A stretch of DNA of 32,000 nucleotides, from positions 150,001 through 182,000 of the forward strand of contig JAFGBS010000019.1 in the NCBI GenBank assembly GCA_016933055.1. Reading direction: 5' to 3'. The translations under genes were made by a program, and so were the position numbers. Positions 24,196 through 32,000 of the stretch are shown one piece after another. The notes under the pieces are model-generated. The model saw only the letters and a program-made list of their open reading frames with translations. It was not told where the DNA came from and made no database searches. Within the stretch, counting starts at the first letter, position 1. Each line of letters opens with the position of its first letter. This DNA comes from Promethearchaeota archaeon. Its GTDB lineage: Archaea; Asgardarchaeota; Lokiarchaeia; Sigyniarchaeales; Promethearchaeaceae.

Positions 24196-26856
24196 ATGAG
24201 CGATAGCATGCAATTGCAAATTGATACATCGAATATTATACGCCAAATAGCCTCTAAACTGCAACTGCGCCCTACTTATATATCCAATGCCATTAGCCTA
24301 ATGGCAGAAGGGGGTACCGTCCCATTCATTGCACGATACCGCAAGGAACAAACGGGTGCTATGACTGAAAATGAACTTCGTGAAATCAAAGACTCTTATG
24401 AGGATTCTTATAAGCGAGAGGAACTACGAATCCAAGTTCTAAAATCCATTCATCTGCAGGACAAGCTCACTCCAGAACTCAAGCAGAAAATCCTTACCGC
24501 AAAAACTCTTACAGAAATAGAGGATTTATACCTCCCGTACAAACCTAAGAGAAAAACATTAGCCACGAAAGCTTTAGAGAAGGGGTTAGGTCCTCTAGCT
24601 GAAATTATACGAGAAGAGCGACTTGATGGGGACCGGGAGGAAATCTTAAATCGTTTTGTGAATGAGAAAAAAGGAGTGAAAGACACCAAGGAAGCCTTGA
24701 AAGGTGCTATCGATATTATTGCAGAAGATATTGGAAACCATGCAGATTTTCGTAAATACGTTAGGGAAGTGTGCTTTGAACGCTCCACCATAATTTCTAA
24801 AGTCGTTAAAAAATATGAACATCTTTTAAAGGAGAAACAAGAAAAAGAAGAAGATGCTGATGCAGCGGTTCTTCAAGAAATGATCCAGAAACGAGATGAA
24901 TTAGAACGGCAAGGTGAAAAGGGTGAAGGGGAACAAACCAATTCCGTGCAAGAAACAGCTTCAAAAACTGAAGAAGAGGTAGATTTAAGCTCGCACGATT
25001 CCATTAAAGCATTAATTAGAAAACAAATGGAAGAGCAGAGGAAAAAAGAAGAGGAGCGGCAGAAAAAATTACAAGAAGATCTTCTCCGAAAACAGAAAAA
25101 AGAACTTAAAGCTGCAGGGCTTATCGATGATATTGAAGGGGGCACATTGGGAAAGAAGGAAGCCGATCCCTTAGTATTTGAGATGTATTTTGATTTTTCA
25201 CAGAGCAGCAAGGAAATTCCCCCCCATAGAATATTAGCAATGAATCGTGGAGAAGAGGAAAAAGTTCTTACTATTTCGTTGGAGCATCCCGATGAAGAAC
25301 TGATCAATTATATGTTGAAAGAGACGATTAAGGAGGATATCTCCTTATTTAAAGAGGAGTATGTTAAAGCTGTAGACTATGGATTTAAAAGGTACATTAT
25401 CCGTGCAATTGACAGAGAAATACGCTCAGATTTAACCCAAAAAGCTGAAGTGCATGCTATCTCCGTGTTTGCGAAAAATCTGGAATCTCTTCTTATGCAA
25501 CCTCCGATTAAAGGGAAAAAGATCATCGGAATCGATCCTGGGTATAGAACGGGATGCAAAGTAGCGATAATTAATGAATTTGGCAATTTCTTGGAAGACA
25601 CTGTCATTTATCCGACTCCTCCAAAAAGTGCCATCGCCCAATCCAAACAAATCATTGCGGAGTTGGTAAATAAACATAAAGCTTATACAATAGCAATTGG
25701 AAATGGGACAGCTTCCCGAGAAACCGAGGATTTCATCGCTGCTTTAGTGAATATTGAAAAACGTCTGGAATACGCGATTGTTTCTGAGGCAGGAGCATCA
25801 GTTTATTCTGCATCTGAGTTGGCATATGAAGAATTTCCCAAACTAGATGCAACTGTACGTGGTGCAATTTCAATTGCCCGTCGTTTACAAGATCCTTTAA
25901 GTGAATTAATCAAAATTGATCCAAAAAGCATTGGAGTTGGTCTCTATCAACATGATGTGAATCAGGCAACACTAAAAAAGCAGTTAGACGCTGTAATTGA
26001 GGATTGTGTAAATAAAGTGGGAGTTCTAGTGAACAATGCTTCTTATAAATTACTTGAATACGTTTCAGGTTTAGGTACAAGACTAGCACGGCAAATTTTC
26101 GAACATCGCAATGATAAAGGTCCTTTTAGAAACCGTGAAGAACTTAAAAAAGTAACGGGATTGGGAGATAAAGCCTTTGAACAGTGTGCTGGCTTTCTCA
26201 AAGTCTTAGATGGAACTAATCCCTTGGACGGTACTAACATTCATCCCGAATCTTATTGGGTTGTGGAAAAAATTCTCGAATTTATTGGAGAGGATTTCAA
26301 AATACTTAATGATCCCTCTCGTAAGAAAGAGCTTGCTGAAAAAATCAAACAGCTTCGCCCTAAAGAATTGATGCAGTACTTGAGACAAGATATCGGTCTT
26401 CCAACACTGAAAGATATCGTAATGGGATTAATTCGACCTGACAGAGATCCCCGTGATGATCTCCCTCAACCTATTTTGCGTAAAGACATTAAAAAATTAG
26501 AGGATTTAAAAGAGGGTGAAATTTTGAAAGGAACCGTACGAAATGTAGTTGATTTTGGTGCGTTTATCGATATCGGAGTAAAATATGACGGCTTGGTACA
26601 TATTTCCCAAATGACTCATAAAGATGGTGATAGTCGATACATTTCCAATCCTTTGGAAGTGTTGAACGTAGGAGACATAATCGATGTGAAAGTTATCAAA
26701 ATTAATTTGAAGACCAATCGTATCCAACTGTCCATGAAATTGGACGATACCCTTGAGGGCCGATCAGTGAAATCCAAAACTTTTGCGCAAGATCAACTTC
26801 GTGGAGAAGCCGCCTTTGGTGGCGTGGTGGTACGTAAATCAAAACAGAAGAAATAA
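24196..26856 (+). CDS. tex: Tex/YhgF-family transcription accessory RNA-binding protein with a large charged insertion
   Basis: TVPFIARYRKE.TG, EDLYLPYKPKR, HRILAMNRGE, YqgF-like GIDPGYRTGCK, VSEAGASVYSAS, ARRLQDPLSELIKIDPKSIGVG.YQHD, HhH, C-terminal S1 (NVVDFGAFIDIG...DGLVHISQM). Confidence 0.95.
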   Translation: MSDSMQLQIDTSNIIRQIASKLQLRPTYISNAISLMAEGGTVPFIARYRKEQTGAMTENELREIKDSYEDSYKREELRIQVLKSIHLQDKLTPELKQKILTAKTLTEIEDLYLPYKPKRKTLATKALEKGLGPLAEIIREERLDGDREEILNRFVNEKKGVKDTKEALKGAIDIIAEDIGNHADFRKYVREVCFERSTIISKVVKKYEHLLKEKQEKEEDADAAVLQEMIQKRDELERQGEKGEGEQTNSVQETASKTEEEVDLSSHDSIKALIRKQMEEQRKKEEERQKKLQEDLLRKQKKELKAAGLIDDIEGGTLGKKEADPLVFEMYFDFSQSSKEIPPHRILAMNRGEEEKVLTISLEHPDEELINYMLKETIKEDISLFKEEYVKAVDYGFKRYIIRAIDREIRSDLTQKAEVHAISVFAKNLESLLMQPPIKGKKIIGIDPGYRTGCKVAIINEFGNFLEDTVIYPTPPKSAIAQSKQIIAELVNKHKAYTIAIGNGTASRETEDFIAALVNIEKRLEYAIVSEAGASVYSASELAYEEFPKLDATVRGAISIARRLQDPLSELIKIDPKSIGVGLYQHDVNQATLKKQLDAVIEDCVNKVGVLVNNASYKLLEYVSGLGTRLARQIFEHRNDKGPFRNREELKKVTGLGDKAFEQCAGFLKVLDGTNPLDGTNIHPESYWVVEKILEFIGEDFKILNDPSRKKELAEKIKQLRPKELMQYLRQDIGLPTLKDIVMGLIRPDRDPRDDLPQPILRKDIKKLEDLKEGEILKGTVRNVVDFGAFIDIGVKYDGLVHISQMTHKDGDSRYISNPLEVLNVGDIIDVKVIKINLKTNRIQLSMKLDDTLEGRSVKSKTFAQDQLRGEAAFGGVVVRKSKQKK

Positions 26857-26868
26857 TACTAGAAAGGA

Positions 26869-28713
26869 TTAGTATACTCCCCGTATTTGCAAAACGTTTC
26901 GTATTTGGCGTAACCGGTCTGAATAGAAATTCATGCTCTCCCGATCACCTATTTTTTTATAGGCATCGCTTAATAACTCATAAATCTTTACTTTTATGAA
27001 TAAGTCCTCAATTTTATCTTCGTCAATCAATTTATCAGCCACTTCCAGATAATCCCGTGACTTATATCCGCTATTCCTGTCATAAAGATATAATTTTCCT
27101 AATTCTAAATGGCATAGTCCCAATCTTTTTTTGCTTGCCCCCTTAGTTTGACTGCCTTTCTTTAAGTATTGAATTGCACTGGATAACGCATTGCGTTTCA
27201 TTGAATAATTCGCTTTTTCGAGATAATAATTGACGATTACATTGGGAAAACGCGAACCTTCTCGTTCGATCTCTTTAAAGAGGAGATTTGCGTCCTTAAA
27301 TTGATCTTGTTCTACTAGGATCCGTATGATTTTCAACTTGATATACAAGATCGCTGCTTTGTATTTGATTGAATCCTTATTACTCAGAAAATTAACGATT
27401 ATTTCGAAATGAGTTTTGGCTTGCGCATATTGTTTCATTTTCAGATAGATGTTTCCAAGTCTCTCGTGGACTTGAATTATATTCTCCATTGAAATCTGCC
27501 CTGATCGACATTGTTCTAAAGCATTTGTCAGATATCCAATTGCATCCTGCAATTTGTTTAAATCCCTAGCTATATCTGCAAGAAGAAAAAGTACCTTTAC
27601 TACACCATCTTTTTGGTTGTACCTGTTCAGTATAACCAATATTCTCCCAAGATTTTGAATAGCTTCTTGGAGTTCTCCCTTCTTAATAGATTGCATAGCA
27701 TCTTCATAAAATGTTCCTACGGTGAGTTCCTCAAAACTATTTGGAGGATTCTTTAACAGTAGAGTAAGGTGCTCATCAGGTAAATATAGTTGAAATTTGT
27801 TCAATTTTTCATGAGAAAGTGCGGGAAGTGGGATTGATGACTCTCCAAAGTCTCCTTCGAGAAGAAATTTACTTAAATTTATGTCATAATATTCTTGGGA
27901 ATTAATAAAATCTGAATCCAAAACCGAAATTAGAGGGTTCAACGTCATCCTGGAAAATCGGATCCAGCTTAAAAGTAAGTCTTGCACAGGAAATGTGTCT
28001 TGAAAAATAGAGTCTAACAATAATAAGGAATAAGTCTCAAAAAAACATCGAGATTGAATGTGATATTTAACAAAATCGCGAACATACGTGATAAAGCCTT
28101 TTTCAACGATCAGAAATTCATTCTCTTCCTCATTTGTGTAGAATAGGCAAGATTCTCGCCGAGAAGGAGGAATTCCATCACTCAATGATACTGGTTTTTT
28201 CCATGTAGGGTATAAACCCACTATGTCTAAGGATTGGGTCAATTTTTCGTGATATTGATGTTCGATGTTCTGGAACATGGAATATTTATTCATCAAGGAA
28301 ATTCGTGTCTTACTTAACCATTGTCGTTCGGTTTCATTCGGATAACTCTCCGGCATAAAAGTAGTTAGCAGTTGTAGAAAATCTTGCTGTTTAAGATGGA
28401 TGGGAATGGAATGTTCCAAGGAAAGATTTTTGGAAATATGTACTAAGTTTTGTGCCAAAAAGTTAATATCTTCAATTACTTTGTTGTTAATAAGTCGTGG
28501 GTGAAAGAAAAAAGCATTTTTAAACAAACAGATCTCAAATGGTATGTTTAATTTAACACCCATTTCAATCGGATATTTTACTTGCAAAGCGACAATCTGA
28601 TCTTGTTCAATGGAGTATCGATATAATTGTGAGGGAGTAATTGTGTTCTTGAATCCAATATTTTCTAACAATTCCGATACTATATTTTTCTCTTGATGGG
28701 ATAAGGGACGCAT
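26869..28713 (-). CDS. Hypothetical protein with C-terminal TPR array
   Basis: 614-aa ORF. The C-terminal third has repeated helical pairs (LADIARDLNKLQDAIGYLTNAL; LGNIYLKMKQYAQAKTHFE; LELGKLY). N-terminal ~320 aa not recognised. Confidence 0.78.
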   Translation of the reverse strand: MRPLSHQEKNIVSELLENIGFKNTITPSQLYRYSIEQDQIVALQVKYPIEMGVKLNIPFEICLFKNAFFFHPRLINNKVIEDINFLAQNLVHISKNLSLEHSIPIHLKQQDFLQLLTTFMPESYPNETERQWLSKTRISLMNKYSMFQNIEHQYHEKLTQSLDIVGLYPTWKKPVSLSDGIPPSRRESCLFYTNEEENEFLIVEKGFITYVRDFVKYHIQSRCFFETYSLLLLDSIFQDTFPVQDLLLSWIRFSRMTLNPLISVLDSDFINSQEYYDINLSKFLLEGDFGESSIPLPALSHEKLNKFQLYLPDEHLTLLLKNPPNSFEELTVGTFYEDAMQSIKKGELQEAIQNLGRILVILNRYNQKDGVVKVLFLLADIARDLNKLQDAIGYLTNALEQCRSGQISMENIIQVHERLGNIYLKMKQYAQAKTHFEIIVNFLSNKDSIKYKAAILYIKLKIIRILVEQDQFKDANLLFKEIEREGSRFPNVIVNYYLEKANYSMKRNALSSAIQYLKKGSQTKGASKKRLGLCHLELGKLYLYDRNSGYKSRDYLEVADKLIDEDKIEDLFIKVKIYELLSDAYKKIGDRESMNFYSDRLRQIRNVLQIRGVY

Positions 28714-28741
28714 AAAAATTCTTCCTTGTTACGATACTTCG

Positions 28742-30118
28742 TTAAGTGTCAAGATGCAAAAGCCCCGAAACCGTCATAATCACACCTATGACAATGCACA
28801 TAATTTCAATGAATTTACTGGGACTTCCCAGAAAATTATCCACGCTTAAACCGATGATTCCTAAAAATAGTAAGGTAAATCCAAAAACAATTACCACTCC
28901 CCCAAATATTTTAGCGACCTTGCGGACAAAATTTAATGTCATTTTTTGCTCAATATTCGCTTCTGCCTCTCGGATGGTTTTTTCTACGGTTGTTAGGTTT
29001 TTTTTCAATATCGATAGGGATTGATCAGTTTTTTTTAATTTTTCTTCTGCAATTTGTCTTCTGCTTTCGGATTTGTCAAAATCTTCTTCCGATTCCTCAA
29101 TTTTCTGTATTAGGAGGTTAAACTTTTTCTCTACTTGTGATAATTCTTCATTTTTCTGGTGAAGGTCTTGTTCTAGTTCATTTAATCGTTTTTTATGTTG
29201 CTCGATAAGATTATCGGTTCCTACCAACCGTTCTTGTAATTTTTGAAGTTCAGTTTTTCGTTCACGTATTTTATCTTCTAATTCTTGAATTCTTTGCTCT
29301 TTATTTTCGAAAATTTCTTCCATTCCTTTCGTTTTTTGTTCTAAGACTTTTTTATCCTCTTCTAGTTCATCAATTTCTTCCCGAATCGCACCTATACTTT
29401 CTGATAATTCATTATGCCTTTTTTCTTGTTCAGTAATTTTGAAATCCAATTCTTCTTTTTGTTTCTCTCGGTATTCTAGTATTTCTATAGAAGCCTTTAC
29501 TTTCGTATCATATAATTCATAATCGGATTTTGACTCTTCCATCTTTTTGATTAATTTTTCCAATTCGTCCGTTAATCTGAGCTCTTCGTTTTTCTTTTCA
29601 GAAACTAGTTTCATCAAATCCTCGTGGTTTTTCTGTAAATTTTGATCTTCCTCAGTAACTTTCTCCAAGTCAGTGGTCTTTTGCTGTAATTCATTATTAG
29701 TAGTAACTAATCTCTTTTCTAAGAGGTCATAATTAGATTTTAATGACTCTAATGCTTCATCGGTTGTTTTTCGCTTCTCAGTTAAATGATTAACTTCCTC
29801 ATCAAGAGATTTCAAATTCAACTCTTTTTGCTGCAGCAAATTTTCCAATCCGATGATTTTATCATCTAATTCCTCTAGTCGTTTTTCTTTCTCGGTAATC
29901 TCATTTTTGAGTTTATTTACTTGTTTACGTAAGCTAGCTCGAGATTCGATCAATTCTTGAGTAAGTTCCGAATCCACTGAATTAGTAGAATCGTTGTTTT
30001 CAAAGTCATCTTCGATTTCTCTAATTCCTGCATCGACAGTATCTCTGTCTTGTTTCATTTCCTCAAGATTTTTTTTAACATCCTGTAAATTCTTACCCTT
30101 CTCGTCTTGATTCGACAT
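28742..30118 (-). CDS. Long coiled-coil protein with C-terminal TM hairpin
   Basis: About 340 aa of E/K/L/Q heptads with no Walker motif, then two hydrophobic helices at the C-terminus. No signal peptide. Confidence 0.85.
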   Translation of the reverse strand: MSNQDEKGKNLQDVKKNLEEMKQDRDTVDAGIREIEDDFENNDSTNSVDSELTQELIESRASLRKQVNKLKNEITEKEKRLEELDDKIIGLENLLQQKELNLKSLDEEVNHLTEKRKTTDEALESLKSNYDLLEKRLVTTNNELQQKTTDLEKVTEEDQNLQKNHEDLMKLVSEKKNEELRLTDELEKLIKKMEESKSDYELYDTKVKASIEILEYREKQKEELDFKITEQEKRHNELSESIGAIREEIDELEEDKKVLEQKTKGMEEIFENKEQRIQELEDKIRERKTELQKLQERLVGTDNLIEQHKKRLNELEQDLHQKNEELSQVEKKFNLLIQKIEESEEDFDKSESRRQIAEEKLKKTDQSLSILKKNLTTVEKTIREAEANIEQKMTLNFVRKVAKIFGGVVIVFGFTLLFLGIIGLSVDNFLGSPSKFIEIMCIVIGVIMTVSGLLHLDT

Positions 30119-30323
30119 ATTTATCCTACTGAAGATTAATTAGATGACAGCAAAGAAAATCAATGGTATTTGTACGTTCTGTTTTCTTTAATATGTTTTT
30201 CAGAATTTTATAAATTGACTTTTTTTTTGATGTGTTTTCGATAAAAATTGGTGAATTAGAAATCAAGAAATGATAATGGTTGGCATACAAAAAAATAATT
30301 ACGAATTTCACTATTTCTATCAT

Positions 30324-31202
30324 ATGGATATTAGCGATTTTAATCGTAAACTTGCTAATTTTATTGCAGACGCCCGTTCTTTGGAAAAGACCGACCAAAA
30401 AAGAGCTAATGCTATGTGGTTGAAGATCTGTGAGTTTGCAATTGAATTTTCCAAGCAAAAAAATATAGATCGTGCTCTAAGATTAAAAATTTGGTCTCAA
30501 GTTGATCAAATATTGAAAAAAGTAAAAGGAGAAGAAACTTCATCTGAGGAATCTGTACCTGAAACTTTAACCGAACAATCCCCCGTTCCTTTTGAAGTAG
30601 ACTTCGGATTTGATTTACCCTCCGTTCCTAAAGAAGGAGATAGTGAACTTTCCCAAGAGGAAGAGAACGTTCCATTTCATACTCCGACAACTTCCAAGGA
30701 TATTGGGACAAGCTCCGAAGATGCCGAAGATAAATTACTTTATCAAGATGCAATCTCATCCAAATCCGAAGAACGGGAATCACAAGTGCAAGTAAATAAT
30801 TTTCTTGAACGTATAAAAAAGATGGAAGATGAATTAAGAAAAATGCCGGAAATCTTCAAAGAAATTCAACCACCTGATTATACTCCCGATAAATCTATTA
30901 TCCCTCCCTCTTCCCCCCCTCCTCAAGTTTCAAGAGAACATTTTATTGAGTCCCCTACGTCTATTGAAAAGAATACCTCTATTTCGATTGAACCCGTGGA
31001 ACGTCCCGATACCATTGACCCATATAAGGGAACCAAGGATACAATCGAAATCAAGGATCCATTTGGTCCTGATGCACAAGACTTGCCAGAAGAAAAAGAA
31101 GATGAATCCGATTCAAAAGGAGAAGGATTATTTTGTTACGCATGTGGTGCCTCCATTAGGGCAAAAGATAAAAAATGTCCAAAATGTGGAGCAGAATTAT
31201 AA
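30324..31202 (+). CDS. Hypothetical protein: MIT-like three-helix N-terminus, acidic/Pro-rich linker, C-terminal zinc ribbon
   Basis: DFNRKLANFIADARSLEKTDQKRANAMWLKICEF...KIWSQVDQILKKVK; E/S/P-rich linker; CYACG...KCPKCG. ATG 30324 preferred; the track starts at 30270. Confidence 0.75.
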   Translation: MDISDFNRKLANFIADARSLEKTDQKRANAMWLKICEFAIEFSKQKNIDRALRLKIWSQVDQILKKVKGEETSSEESVPETLTEQSPVPFEVDFGFDLPSVPKEGDSELSQEEENVPFHTPTTSKDIGTSSEDAEDKLLYQDAISSKSEERESQVQVNNFLERIKKMEDELRKMPEIFKEIQPPDYTPDKSIIPPSSPPPQVSREHFIESPTSIEKNTSISIEPVERPDTIDPYKGTKDTIEIKDPFGPDAQDLPEEKEDESDSKGEGLFCYACGASIRAKDKKCPKCGAEL

Positions 31203-31207
31203 TCATT

Positions 31208-31750
31208 CTACTCCTTACTAAAGATTAAAACTTCTGTTGGTCCCACTATTTCATTTTTATAGCCCCAATATTTTACAATTCGCTCTTTTCGTAGAATCTC
31301 AAAGTGAAGGGAGGATTGAACGGAAATAGGACTTAATCCTAAATCAAATAAATAAATGGAGTTGACATCATATTCTAATTTTTCCTTACTCATTGCCGAT
31401 TCATAGGTATTTAAACCTGATTTAAGAGGTCCTTGAAATTCTAATACCCAATAGAAAAACGGTAAATATTCCGACTTGAAATCTATCTCCGTATGGATAA
31501 CTTGGGGTATAGTGATTTTTCCGTTAATTGAATTGGGCAAATCATTCATGAACGACTGCATATTAGAGGTAATAGCTTCTAATTCACTGAGATAAAATTC
31601 ATCATTTTCTTTTATCTGAGAATAGTATCTGTGAGTGTCTTCCACATAGTCATATGTTAAGTACTGAAGGAAATTTCCCCTGGCAGTTATGGTGATTATT
31701 GATGATGCAAAAATAGGGGTTAAATCAAAATCAGTTATCCCATTACTCAC
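31208..31750 (-). CDS. Hypothetical protein
   Basis: 180-aa ORF; GTG start overlaps the upstream TGA (GTGA). No motif recognised. Confidence 0.7.
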   Translation of the reverse strand: MSNGITDFDLTPIFASSIITITARGNFLQYLTYDYVEDTHRYYSQIKENDEFYLSELEAITSNMQSFMNDLPNSINGKITIPQVIHTEIDFKSEYLPFFYWVLEFQGPLKSGLNTYESAMSKEKLEYDVNSIYLFDLGLSPISVQSSLHFEILRKERIVKYWGYKNEIVGPTEVLIFSKE

Positions 31751-32000
31751 TCGATCTCTCCCTCAGGTTCTAATTTTAGTTGTAATTGACCGGGGGTAGG
31801 TATAAAATGCCCTTCCTTATACCCAATGGGACGATCTTTAAACAATCTAAAGACAAATTTTGCAAATCCTTGAGGATAATGGTTACTGTAATTAAATGTA
31901 ACTTTTCGGAAGCCCTCGGATTTTCTTCCTCCTGCAACTGTTATCAATCTAAAAGGATACAAAAATCGTTGAATATTGCCATAAATCTTCACAGTTCGCT
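31747..32000 (-). CDS. C-terminal part of a gene entering from beyond the window; product unknown
   Basis: Frame is open from the window edge (RTVKIYGNIQ...) to TGA at 31747-49 and is coupled to the next gene. Confidence 0.6.
   Translation of the reverse strand, partial: RTVKIYGNIQRFLYPFRLITVAGGRKSEGFRKVTFNYSNHYPQGFAKFVFRLFKDRPIGYKEGHFIPTPGQLQLKLEPEGEIE

Noticed and set aside
24450-26727. Multiple antisense ORFs inside tex (and similar nested ORFs in polX, fwdB, NPP and others)
   Set aside because: Shadow frames of long, motif-supported genes with no independent coding signal.
21280-30925. G/C homopolymer runs (about 21290 and 30913) as phase-variation tracts
   Set aside because: Only about 7-8 nt long and explained by proline codons in intact frames.

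Overview
AT-rich archaeal chromosomal window, most likely from an Asgard (Lokiarchaeia-like) genome. This assignment is an inference from ribosomal protein eS30, BHB-type tRNA introns, a stand-alone 5S rRNA, fwd genes, archaeal TATA/GGTGA signals and many zinc-ribbon, coiled-coil and TPR proteins. It is mostly housekeeping and metabolic DNA, with no CRISPR array, transposase or integrase seen. Contents in order: NAD-dependent ligase (partial) and PolX/PHP; two paralogous 2TM + zinc-ribbon genes; tRNA-Trp with two introns; 3xBON protein; small TM ORF; alpha/beta hydrolase; fwdD-fwdB-fwdE + MBL hydrolase; NPP-family phosphodiesterase; PD-(D/E)XK nuclease-XPD/DinG helicase fusion; tRNA-Thr; membrane acyltransferase-like protein; Zn dehydrogenase; C25 peptidase; 5S rRNA; saccharopine dehydrogenase-like protein; RHH/proline-rich protein; C45 Ntn hydrolase; eS30; Tex; TPR, coiled-coil and MIT-like proteins. 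Several features are absent from the supplied ORF track: ligA, both tRNAs, the 5S rRNA, eS30 and a 40-aa membrane ORF. The most notable observations are: (i) an eS30 gene whose only plausible start is ATT; (ii) a double-intron tRNA-Trp whose anticodon intron holds a K-turn and a short anti-C34 guide-like segment; (iii) polX and ligA in the same frame separated by one amber codon; (iv) a ~110-aa charged insertion in Tex; (v) candidate eukaryote-like modules (MIT-like, tail-anchored coiled coil, polyproline/WH2-like). All homology calls are by motif recognition only; no searches were run.
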